Shown piece by piece: positions 39,225 to 48,040 of a DNA stretch of 64,000 nucleotides. The notes beneath the pieces are model-generated. The model was given only the letters and a program-made list of their open reading frames with translations. It ran no database searches and was not told where the DNA came from. Within the stretch, counting starts at the first letter, position 1. Each line of letters starts with the position of its first letter. Position numbers and translations under genes: made by a program. Source of the DNA: a virus; the IMG/VR virus record IMGVR_UViG_3300025096_003363, positions 1 to 64,000 of that record; one strand, 5' to 3'.

Positions 39225-40592
39225 TTATTTTATTGTTAAGTTATAACCTCCGCGTCCCCCACCTGTATTAGGTGAAATAGTAATACTGTCACCTAATTCG
39301 AATAATTTCTGTATAGAGCTGGTTGCATATTCCCTGTAACCCTTTCCCTTAAAGGGGCCTATTGTTACCATGTTAAAGTTATCCTTATTAAAGAATAAAA
39401 AGTAATTAAAGCCTTGACCCTTTTCTTCTTCTTCTTTAAAATATTCTGCTATTTGAAACCCAGCAGCTATTTTACGGCCCTTTAACTCCGGATCACCAGC
39501 CGCATCTAAAAAGGAATCAATAATACTAACTGCACTATCTGGTTCAGATGAAAATTCCGACAAACCAGCTACTAATTTTTCACGTGGTGCTTTAGCAAAA
39601 AAACTATTTGTAATTATAGCCTCACCAGCATCTCTCATTTTAAGTTCTTCTCTTTGATCAGCTAAATATTTTGTTACATCAATACCTTTACTATCTTTTA
39701 TATTCTCAAAATAATCTCTACGCCGTACATCCTTTTCAACCAACTTTAACTTAGTCTCTAAATCGTAACTACTATTATCAATAACACTAATTACCCGGTC
39801 AACAACGCGTTGTTGTGCTGGAGCTACATTAAATTCGTAATCTTTTATAGCACTAAACACAGTCTGAATTATATTTTCATCTATATTGGCTTCTTTTAAT
39901 TGAAGTTTTGCAAATTTATTAAAGTTACGTATTAAACCTAACGTTTTTCCCTTACCCGGTCTACCTGCACCTGACTTGACCTCAACCAACGATCCATCTG
40001 GTAGTGTTATATCACCCTCTTTTGGATTTTTACCCTCTGAAAACAATGTTAAAACCGCCTCCCCGGGCCCAACTCCAACTGCCCCCTCTTCAAAAGTTAT
40101 CTGTGACATTAATTCGACAGCCTTTCTATTTGTTACATGCTTAAGATCGTATTTAGCTCCTAGTTTTTCAATTACACGTAAAAAATTAGCTGTTCCCTTA
40201 TTTAGCGCTTGTTGTAAATCTGATAATCTGTTTGAATTTTTTAAACGAGTTAATCTTTCTACTTCATCATAAAATTCTTCCCTAATACCCACGTTATCTA
40301 ATTGTATAGACTTAGCATATATGTCATTTATTCGAACACTTAAATTATAGATAGCCGAAGGGCTATCCCAACCCCCTGATTCAACCCAGTCGTTAATTAC
40401 ACCAATTGATGTATTCTGTTTACCTAATCTTAATAACTTTCTAGCTTCGTCTTGATCTATTTCAACCTCTTTAATATTACCATCGTCAAACTCTATAGTT
40501 ACTTTTGCTTCATCTAGTACATGAAGATGTTCACGAGGTGGAATATTACCACGTACCCGCTTTTTATAAACGTCTTCTAATGACCATTGCAT
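39225..40592 (-). CDS. Putative PD-(D/E)xK nuclease-fold protein
   Basis: GPGE...GDI..PDGSLVEVK motif. Confidence 0.55.
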   Translation of the reverse strand: MQWSLEDVYKKRVRGNIPPREHLHVLDEAKVTIEFDDGNIKEVEIDQDEARKLLRLGKQNTSIGVINDWVESGGWDSPSAIYNLSVRINDIYAKSIQLDNVGIREEFYDEVERLTRLKNSNRLSDLQQALNKGTANFLRVIEKLGAKYDLKHVTNRKAVELMSQITFEEGAVGVGPGEAVLTLFSEGKNPKEGDITLPDGSLVEVKSGAGRPGKGKTLGLIRNFNKFAKLQLKEANIDENIIQTVFSAIKDYEFNVAPAQQRVVDRVISVIDNSSYDLETKLKLVEKDVRRRDYFENIKDSKGIDVTKYLADQREELKMRDAGEAIITNSFFAKAPREKLVAGLSEFSSEPDSAVSIIDSFLDAAGDPELKGRKIAAGFQIAEYFKEEEEKGQGFNYFLFFNKDNFNMVTIGPFKGKGYREYATSSIQKLFELGDSITISPNTGGGRGGYNLTIK

Positions 40593-40594
40593 GA

Positions 40595-40939
40595 TTAGTG
40601 TGCGTCTACAGTTTCAAGCTCTTGTTCAACGGTCTCGTCAGAAAATTCAACTAACCTTTCTATTGTTTCAATAACCTTTCTAGGCTGTGTCCTCCCAAAC
40701 TCTTTGTTGACCTGTGCAGCAATGTTTATATCTTGCATATTAGGTGCATATATAAAGGCATTAGTCAACAGCTCAGCAACATATATTTCACCTTCTGGAG
40801 AAATGCCTGTTGGCGCTGGGGGAATATCTGCAACATCAGTAGCATCCGCTTCGACATCGACGTTAACGTCAACCTCCTCTACTTCATCCTGCTCAGAATA
40901 AAGCTCTTTATATTGTTCAAATAGTTTTAATGTTTTCAT
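40595..40939 (-). CDS. Hypothetical acidic protein, putative internal head protein
   Basis: MKTLKLFEQY N-terminus; Glu/Asp-rich. Confidence 0.6.
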   Translation of the reverse strand: MKTLKLFEQYKELYSEQDEVEEVDVNVDVEADATDVADIPPAPTGISPEGEIYVAELLTNAFIYAPNMQDINIAAQVNKEFGRTQPRKVIETIERLVEFSDETVEQELETVDAH

Positions 40940-40941
40940 AA

Positions 40942-41349
40942 TTATTGTTCTGTGGGTTCTGTGGCTTTATCTCTTATTGCTTGTTTTAACTCTTCTGTCT
41001 TCTTTTGAAAAACTGATACAGCGTCTTTTGCTACTCTCTGTCTTTCCTTTACAGCTTTTTTAGCGCCTCTAGCACCGGAAAACATACCACCTTGATTTGC
41101 TAATCTGTTAACCTCTCTATCAACATCATATTTCTCAGGCCCGGTTTGAATTTCTTGATCTTCCACAGGAATAAGCGGAACCTCTATACCACCAACACTA
41201 TCCTCAAAAGCTAAAAAATTCTCAAAAGGCGATCCAACACCAGATATTGCAAAACGTCTCATTACTTTACCATTAACATCCTTCAACTCTACAGTATATT
41301 TGTCCTCACCTGGTCGATTCTCTTCTAACAGTTTAAGAAACTTATTCAT
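40942..41349 (-). CDS. Hypothetical late protein, putative internal head protein
   Basis: MNKFLKLLEE N-terminus; TAAATA 5 nt upstream. Confidence 0.6.
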   Translation of the reverse strand: MNKFLKLLEENRPGEDKYTVELKDVNGKVMRRFAISGVGSPFENFLAFEDSVGGIEVPLIPVEDQEIQTGPEKYDVDREVNRLANQGGMFSGARGAKKAVKERQRVAKDAVSVFQKKTEELKQAIRDKATEPTEQ

Positions 41350-41357
41350 GTATATAT

Positions 41358-41870
41358 TTATGGAAGTAGTGAGAGTTTTATATTCACATTAGCAAGAAAC
41401 TCTTTCTCTAAGTGCTTTAGATCATATCTTTTAAGAAAGTTCCGAAAGTTTCTAAAAGACAATTGAGCCTCAGTAGGGCTTTTCCATACTTCATAGTCCT
41501 GTCCTTCAATAAATTCCCTAAATCCTACCTCATCATACTTAATTATACTCGGCAGCGTGTTAAAAATACGCCTTACAAGCTGATGTTCAATGACTTTTTT
41601 ATCCACCTTGTAATAAAACAGCTTTTTATGCTCTTTATCTATTTTAACAGCATGTATTATCTGCTTTAGTATAAAATGAATACCAAGCTTGTTTTTATCA
41701 TGTCGATTTAACCTTAAATCGTTTTCAACGAGGTGATAATTATACTCATTAAAGGATTTAGTTAAGAAATAATTAAGATTCATTATAGTCTTATGAATCT
41801 TCGGTACATAGAGATGGCTACTTTCGTCGTTTACCGATTCTAAGGTTGATGATTCCATTATAGTAGTCAT
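41358..41870 (-). CDS. Hypothetical protein (start uncertain)
   Basis: Up to 170 aa; fills the gap between its neighbours. Confidence 0.6.
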   Translation of the reverse strand: MTTIMESSTLESVNDESSHLYVPKIHKTIMNLNYFLTKSFNEYNYHLVENDLRLNRHDKNKLGIHFILKQIIHAVKIDKEHKKLFYYKVDKKVIEHQLVRRIFNTLPSIIKYDEVGFREFIEGQDYEVWKSPTEAQLSFRNFRNFLKRYDLKHLEKEFLANVNIKLSLLP

Positions 41871-42228
41871 CTCTTAACAATACTTCTTCTTTAAATTGTA
41901 ATCTAGCTTCGTAATAACTCAACTCCCACTTAGAATCACACCATCTAAGGATTTCGAACTTAAAATTACCTTTACCGAGTACACTTATATGCTCATTAAG
42001 CTGATTTGACGAAGAAGTGTACCCCTTCCAGTCAGTTTCGACTTCATACCGTCGTTTATTCTTCTTTCCCTTTAAAGGCGGTCGCTTTCTAATACACTTA
42101 CACTGCTTTTTACCAATATACTTCTTATCATTAGTAAGATTTGTTATCTTATAAATGAAACCGTAAGGTAAGTCCGTCCCTTCCTCGAGGATCCCCTCCC
42201 AATGTCCTAAATCACTCACTCTATCCAA
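41818..42228 (-). CDS. Stand-alone GIY-YIG endonuclease-like protein (Seg-like)
   Basis: GFIYKITN...KYIGKK, FKFEIL, YYE and YYN motifs. Confidence 0.8.
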   Translation of the reverse strand: MDRVSDLGHWEGILEEGTDLPYGFIYKITNLTNDKKYIGKKQCKCIRKRPPLKGKKNKRRYEVETDWKGYTSSSNQLNEHISVLGKGNFKFEILRWCDSKWELSYYEARLQFKEEVLLRDDYYNGIINLRIGKRRK

Positions 42229-42889
42229 ATACGCTTAACCACTCATCCGGTACTTTTGATAAATCTAATACCTTAGCCTGTATATTATCGTCTCCTAGTT
42301 CAACAGCTTTATGTAATCTATGATTACCATCTAATATCATATCATATTTACCACTATTCTTTGTAATAATAATAGGATACTTCAAATCAGCTTTCATAGC
42401 CCTATCATATGTAGACTTTACTTGCTCCGGAGTCTTATTAGGCTTGTGTCGTGTATGTATGTCTAAATGAGCGACACCCTCTACTGGGATAGAGATAACA
42501 GGCGATTCTAATTCCGCTAGCTTACTCTCTACATCCTGCATCGTGATGGTAAGCTTACCATCAGACCATGTGGTATCTTCGTACCCCGGGTGAGTATCCT
42601 CTTCTCCCTCTTCGCCAGTTAAAAACACCCCATCTATACCATCAGTTTCTTTCTTTTTCTTCTTTTTCTTACCAGTAGAACCTTTACGTGTTTGAACCTT
42701 ACCCTTACCCAACACTTTAGGCACTCTTGCATCACCTGGTGCGTATGTATCGCCGGAGTCAATAGTATCAGGTGGACTATAGACTGCATGTCCAGATGGG
42801 CCGTCACCAAATACACCACCAGCACCAGCTGTCATCGACTCTTTTAACATCTTAAAAAATAACTGTTCAAATCTACCACTTGATTCCAT
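42221..42889 (-). CDS. ParB/Srx-like domain protein with an N-terminal capsid-arm-like segment and a poly-Lys tract
   Basis: ADLKYPIII...ILDGNHRLHKA is ParB-like. Residues 18-60 match gp23 residues 58-100. TATAAATA lies upstream. Confidence 0.8.
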   Translation of the reverse strand: MESSGRFEQLFFKMLKESMTAGAGGVFGDGPSGHAVYSPPDTIDSGDTYAPGDARVPKVLGKGKVQTRKGSTGKKKKKKKETDGIDGVFLTGEEGEEDTHPGYEDTTWSDGKLTITMQDVESKLAELESPVISIPVEGVAHLDIHTRHKPNKTPEQVKSTYDRAMKADLKYPIIITKNSGKYDMILDGNHRLHKAVELGDDNIQAKVLDLSKVPDEWLSVFG

Positions 42890-42913
42890 TGTAACTATAT
42901 TTATAATAGTATT

Positions 42914-43309
42914 GTGGAATTGCTAAAGAAGTATATGGAAGACATTGGGCAAGATCTTGTACTAAATGATCTCAACCTTAAAGAACAACAGCAAAGACTA
43001 CCTGCTCGTAAGCATTTTTGGGTAGGAAGACTAATAGAAGCTAAGATTAAACGCAATAAGTTTTTTGCGCAAAAGAGTAAGCTTAAAAAAGACCTAGTTA
43101 AAAAGGTAATTACCGATTCGCCTGTACGCATCAATCAAGCTTCCGCGGAATCCGCTGCTGAAAAGTATGAATCTGTGGTTAAGCTTAATAATAGCATAAA
43201 AGAACAAGATACTATTATAGAATATCTCGAAAAGGTGGAAAAGATTCTTGGTAACATGCATTGGGAAATTAAAAATGTTATCGATATGAATAAAATGGAG
43301 CAGTATTAA
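42914..43309 (+). CDS. uvsY: Recombination mediator (UvsY-like)
   Basis: Size, helical character, the 'IIEYLEKVEK..WEIKNVID' motif and position directly before uvsW. Confidence 0.75.
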   Translation: MELLKKYMEDIGQDLVLNDLNLKEQQQRLPARKHFWVGRLIEAKIKRNKFFAQKSKLKKDLVKKVITDSPVRINQASAESAAEKYESVVKLNNSIKEQDTIIEYLEKVEKILGNMHWEIKNVIDMNKMEQY

Positions 43310-44730
43310 TGCTAACTTTTGACTATAACCCGGGGACGCGCAAGCTTTTACTAAAAACAGAAGATCTAGATCTGTTTAATCGTATAAGAAAACATTTTAG
43401 CATTATTAATGATGCAGCTCGATTCGGTAGACGGTATGGTCGTTACATACCTCAAAGAAAATACGCTATTACTACAGCAGGCGCGTGTGAAATAGGTTTG
43501 TATTGGGAGATTAAGAAGTTTTTAGGTAAAGAAGAAACAACAATAACCGATAAATTACAAAAAGTATTAAAAGTCGGTAGAGATATAGATCTTTATAAGG
43601 ATTTTGCGTTTGATTTAAGAGAGTATCAAGAGGATGTTGTTAAAAAGGCACTTAAGCTTGGTAGAGGTACATGTGTCTTAGGTACAGGAGCAGGTAAAAC
43701 CTTTGCAACGGCCGCCTTAGTTGAAAACTACTTTAGAAGTAGTAAAGATAAAGACACATTTAAATGTATTGTGCTTGTACCTGACTTAGGCCTAGTGACA
43801 CAAACATACGACGAGTTCTTAAATTGCGGTACAACCTTTAAAATAACTAAATGGACAGGTAAAACTAAACCTGACCTTACTGCTAATGTTATTATTTGTA
43901 ATATTGGCATTGTTCAGAGCCGGTTTGAGCAGAATGATTGGTTAAAACATATTGATCTACTTATTGTTGATGAGTGTCATAAGATAAAAGCATCAAATAA
44001 GATTAGCAAAATAGTATCTAGGATAAGAACACCTAACAAATATGGGTTTACTGGTACATTACCGGAAAATAATTTAGATAAATGGTCGATTATAGGTAAA
44101 TTAGGACCAGTTATATATGAAAAAACGAGTTATGAGTTAAGATTGGAGGATTATCTCGCAAATGTTAACGTAAAGATACTAAACTTAGAGTATAATACAC
44201 CTCCGAGATACCTTTCCGATAACGCCTATAGGGAAGAGTTAGATTTTATATATGAAAACCACTTTAGAAGTGACCTTATTACTAAATTATGTGAAAAGCT
44301 CGAAAATAATACACTTATATTAGTAAATCACCTTAAACATGGCCATTACTTAACAGATTACCTCTGTACTATACCCGATAAGCGCATTTACTTTATTAGA
44401 GGTGAGGTAGATGTTGAAGAACGTGATGAAATTAAGAAAATAATGGAAAACAACACAAATGTAATATGTGTTGCTATGAGCTCAATTTTTTCGACCGGAA
44501 TTAACATTAAAAACCTGCATAACATTATTTTGGCATCCGGAGGCAAGTCTTTTGTACGGACCGTACAGTCGATTGGGAGAGGGTTACGAAAACATAGCCT
44601 AAAGTCAAAGCTAATTATATTTGATATTTGTGATAGATTGAGATACGGTATAAGACACTGCGAAAAGCGTAAAGAAATTTATGATATTGAGAAGATAAAG
44701 TATAGTGAAACTAATATTGTTGAAAAATAG
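43309..44730 (+). CDS. uvsW: DNA helicase UvsW
   Basis: LREYQ, GTGAGKT, DECH, GFTGT, FSTGINI and QSIGRGLR motifs. Confidence 0.93.
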   Translation: MLTFDYNPGTRKLLLKTEDLDLFNRIRKHFSIINDAARFGRRYGRYIPQRKYAITTAGACEIGLYWEIKKFLGKEETTITDKLQKVLKVGRDIDLYKDFAFDLREYQEDVVKKALKLGRGTCVLGTGAGKTFATAALVENYFRSSKDKDTFKCIVLVPDLGLVTQTYDEFLNCGTTFKITKWTGKTKPDLTANVIICNIGIVQSRFEQNDWLKHIDLLIVDECHKIKASNKISKIVSRIRTPNKYGFTGTLPENNLDKWSIIGKLGPVIYEKTSYELRLEDYLANVNVKILNLEYNTPPRYLSDNAYREELDFIYENHFRSDLITKLCEKLENNTLILVNHLKHGHYLTDYLCTIPDKRIYFIRGEVDVEERDEIKKIMENNTNVICVAMSSIFSTGINIKNLHNIILASGGKSFVRTVQSIGRGLRKHSLKSKLIIFDICDRLRYGIRHCEKRKEIYDIEKIKYSETNIVEK

Positions 44731-44747
44731 CAATATTATATTATAAT
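44720..44747 (+). promoter_or_regulatory. Sigma70-type promoter of gp55
   Basis: TTGAAA-N16-TATAAT, 7 nt before the ATG. Confidence 0.7.
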
Positions 44748-44754
44748 AAAACAA

Positions 44755-45201
44755 ATGGCCGCAAAAGAGAAAAAAGAGAAAAAACCATATTATATTGAAC
44801 CTAAAGTCTTTAAAGCATCGTTACAAAAGTACTATGACACTGATATTCTTACTGACGACTTAGCAGAAAACATTAAAAAAATTGCTTATGGTCTAAGTTA
44901 CAACGCATCATTTATCAACTATACCTATAAAGACGATATGATTGGTGATGCTCTTATTAAAATGTATTCTGCACTAAAATATAAAAAATTTGACTTTTCA
45001 AAAGCTACAAATCCCTTTTCCTACTTTACAACTATTGCATATCATGCGTTTATTAACAGAATTAAGAAAGAGAAAAAGCATCATGAAGCCGTTACAAAGT
45101 ATAGAGAGCGTGTATATGAAGATTATATGTCCAACCCGGATAATACACATGGACATGTTTACGTAAAACCAGCAGACGAAGAAAATTCTTTTGAAGATTA
45201 G
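44755..45201 (+). CDS. gp55: Late-transcription sigma factor
   Basis: FINYTYKDDMIGDA and NPFSYFTTIAYHAFINRIKKEKK motifs. Confidence 0.93.
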   Translation: MAAKEKKEKKPYYIEPKVFKASLQKYYDTDILTDDLAENIKKIAYGLSYNASFINYTYKDDMIGDALIKMYSALKYKKFDFSKATNPFSYFTTIAYHAFINRIKKEKKHHEAVTKYRERVYEDYMSNPDNTHGHVYVKPADEENSFED

Positions 45202-46240
45202 TAAACCCAGAGTTGCTATTTTTTCAGATCTTCACCTAGGAGTCCATACAAACAGTTCTAATTGGCATAATTATGCTGTAGAGTGGGCTCACTGGTTTAA
45301 AGAAGAGTGTAAACGGAAAAATATCAAAGATCTTATTTTTTGTGGTGATTGGCATCATAACAGAAGTGAGATATCAGTTAACACACTACAAATATCTGCA
45401 GATATATTAGATATTTTGTGTGATTTTAATATTATTGCTATTACCGGTAATCATGATATTTACTATAAACATAGAACTGATGTTAATTCATTATCAATAT
45501 TTAAGAAACGCAAAAATGTCACTATATTAGACACTTTTGACACGATCGAAGCCTTTGATCGTACTATTACCTTCTGCCCCTGGAACACAAACATAAAAGA
45601 AGTACCTGAAAGCGATGTTATCTTTGGCCATTTTGAGATAGAAACTTTCAAAATGAACTCTTATAGGGTTTGTGAGGAGGGGTTTAAGGTTAAGGACCTA
45701 CTTAAAAAGAGCCCACTAATAATATCTGGTCACTTTCATACAAGACACGAAAAAAAGTTTGGGAGAGGTACAATACTGTATGTAGGTAACCCGTTTCAGA
45801 TGGATTTTGGTGATACAGACAATCAAAAAGGGTATTACATCTTAGATTTTGATACTCTAGAGTATAACTTTACACCCAACAACATCTCACCTTCATATAA
45901 AAAGATCTCGCTTGGTGAGTTAGTAAGGGAAGGCTCTATTACTAAAAATATTATAGATAGTTTTGCTGGTAACATTACACGCTTAAAGGTTGATATGAAT
46001 ATTTCACAAGTAGATATGGACCTACTACTTAAAAAATTAACCTTACTTAAGCCTGAAGCCCTAACCATTGATTACGACATAAATTTTAATCGATTACTTG
46101 ATGATACAGAAAATAAAGAAGACTTATCAGGTATAGATATACCTCAAGCGATAGAAGAATTTGTAAATCTTCTTGAAATTAAGAATAAAAAAGAGATAAT
46201 AAAATACACTCTTGGTTTATATGAAAAAAGTAAACTTTAA
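45191..46240 (+). CDS. gp47: Recombination nuclease subunit (Mre11/SbcD-like)
   Basis: SDLHLG, GDWHH, GNHD, GHFE and SGHFH motifs. Confidence 0.93.
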   Translation: MKISKPRVAIFSDLHLGVHTNSSNWHNYAVEWAHWFKEECKRKNIKDLIFCGDWHHNRSEISVNTLQISADILDILCDFNIIAITGNHDIYYKHRTDVNSLSIFKKRKNVTILDTFDTIEAFDRTITFCPWNTNIKEVPESDVIFGHFEIETFKMNSYRVCEEGFKVKDLLKKSPLIISGHFHTRHEKKFGRGTILYVGNPFQMDFGDTDNQKGYYILDFDTLEYNFTPNNISPSYKKISLGELVREGSITKNIIDSFAGNITRLKVDMNISQVDMDLLLKKLTLLKPEALTIDYDINFNRLLDDTENKEDLSGIDIPQAIEEFVNLLEIKNKKEIIKYTLGLYEKSKL

Positions 46241-48026
46241 GAAACTCAGCATAATAAATTTTTTATCTGTAGGTGAAGATCCTGTTACAATAGAGTTCAG
46301 TAAGGGTCTTCATGTTATTACGGGTAAAAATAAAGATAAACCTGACCGTAGAAACGCTATTGGTAAAAGTACCATAGCTGATGCTTTGTATTTTGCTATA
46401 TTTGGTGAGACATTACGTGAGCTCAAAAAAGATCTTATACCTAATAATCTTACAAACGGTAAAACACATATTGAGTTAGATTTTGAGCTCGATTCCTCCA
46501 AAGGTAAGAACAACTATAAAATAATTCGCACACTGTCACCGTCAAAGGTTCTTATTTTTAAGGATGGTGTTGATAGAACAAGAGATAGTATTAAGAATAC
46601 CACCGCGTATATTAATCGTGTATTAAGTGCCTCACCATCAATTTTTCAAAACTGTGTTATTATGACAGTTAACAATGCTGTTCCTTTTATGGCTAAAAAT
46701 AAAATCGAAAAACGAAAGTTTATTGAAGATATTTTTGGTATGGAAATCTTCAGTATAATGCTTACATCTTTACGTAATGAATATAATGAGATATCACGCG
46801 ATCATGACACGCAGTTAACTAAATTGGAAGAAATAGAAAAGGCCTATAAGAACTATGAAGACCAAAAACAAAGGATCCTCCAAACAAGAAAAGAAAAGAA
46901 AGAAAAATATCTCACGCGTCAAGAAAATAATACCAAAGAAAAAGAAGATCTTAAAAAGGAACTTACATGCATACAAGAAGTAAATATCAATAAGGTTCAA
47001 ACGCAGATAGTTGCTTTAGAAGAGGCTGCTCAAGATCAAGATGTAAGGATTGAAACAAATTTAGAGGCAGTGGCTCGTAATAAAGCATTAGCATCTACAA
47101 GAAAAGAAAATTATAAGAAAATGGGTACGGATGAAGAGAAATGCCCGGTATGTCTTCGTAGTGTGGAAGAGCATGACGCTGATCATATAGCTAAAGAAAA
47201 AGAAAAGCTTAAAGAAAGTATTCATGAAGCAATAGAAGATATTAAGAATTATTCTGATGGTCTAAAGGAATTAAAAATAAGAAAGGAAAGATTTTTAAAA
47301 GCAATAAATGAATGTCAAAATAAATTATCTGAAGCTAGACTACAAGAGCAAAATAAAAAGAATATTACACGACGTATAGCTCAACTAGATGAGTGGCAAA
47401 AGGAACTTAAAGACGATTTAGAGGTTATTGAATCTACTGAAACTGATTTTGATTCGTTAATAATTGAGACAAAACAACGCGTTGATAACCTAGAAAAGAA
47501 AGTAAAGAAGTTTAGAGATGAATTAGCTAGGTTAGATATTGTAAAGTATGTTGTTTCAGAAGAAGGTGTAAAGTCTTATATTGTAAACAAGTTATTGGAC
47601 CTTTTAAATAGTAAATTGCTACATTATCTTAAACGCTTAGACTCTAACTCAATTTGTATCTTTAATGAATATTTTGAAGAAGAAATTTTAAACGAAAAAA
47701 ATAAAGTTTGTTCCTATTTTAACTTTTCTGGAGCAGAGCGTAAATCGATCGATTTAGCATGCCTGTTTACGTTTTCTGACATAAGAAGACTACAAGGCGG
47801 GGTACAATATAATATCGCAATTTATGATGAGCTGTTTGATTCATCTTTTGATGAAAAGGGAATTGAGCTTATTACGCGAATTTTACAAGACAGGGTTGAA
47901 GAGCTAGATGAGTGTTCAATTGTGATATCTCATAGAAAAGAATCCGTTAAAGCCGTCACAGGAGATGTCATTTACCTAGAAAAAGAAAATGGTATAACAC
48001 ACCGGGTAGATTATAAGGAACTTTAA
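46221..48026 (+). CDS. gp46: Recombination ATPase subunit (Rad50/SbcC-like)
   Basis: NFLSVG, NAIGKST, CPVC zinc hook, FSGAE and DELFDSSFD motifs. Confidence 0.95.
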   Translation: MKKVNFKKLSIINFLSVGEDPVTIEFSKGLHVITGKNKDKPDRRNAIGKSTIADALYFAIFGETLRELKKDLIPNNLTNGKTHIELDFELDSSKGKNNYKIIRTLSPSKVLIFKDGVDRTRDSIKNTTAYINRVLSASPSIFQNCVIMTVNNAVPFMAKNKIEKRKFIEDIFGMEIFSIMLTSLRNEYNEISRDHDTQLTKLEEIEKAYKNYEDQKQRILQTRKEKKEKYLTRQENNTKEKEDLKKELTCIQEVNINKVQTQIVALEEAAQDQDVRIETNLEAVARNKALASTRKENYKKMGTDEEKCPVCLRSVEEHDADHIAKEKEKLKESIHEAIEDIKNYSDGLKELKIRKERFLKAINECQNKLSEARLQEQNKKNITRRIAQLDEWQKELKDDLEVIESTETDFDSLIIETKQRVDNLEKKVKKFRDELARLDIVKYVVSEEGVKSYIVNKLLDLLNSKLLHYLKRLDSNSICIFNEYFEEEILNEKNKVCSYFNFSGAERKSIDLACLFTFSDIRRLQGGVQYNIAIYDELFDSSFDEKGIELITRILQDRVEELDECSIVISHRKESVKAVTGDVIYLEKENGITHRVDYKEL

Positions 48027-48040
48027 ACTATATAAATAGC

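Noticed and set aside
41818-42228. GIY-YIG gene as an intron or mobile element
   Set aside because: Free-standing catalytic domain only, with no interrupted host gene or intron structure seen.
48031-48038. TATAAATA before the glycosyltransferase at 48041 as a late promoter
   Set aside because: Only 2 nt from the ATG, which is too close to include that start codon; left unassigned.
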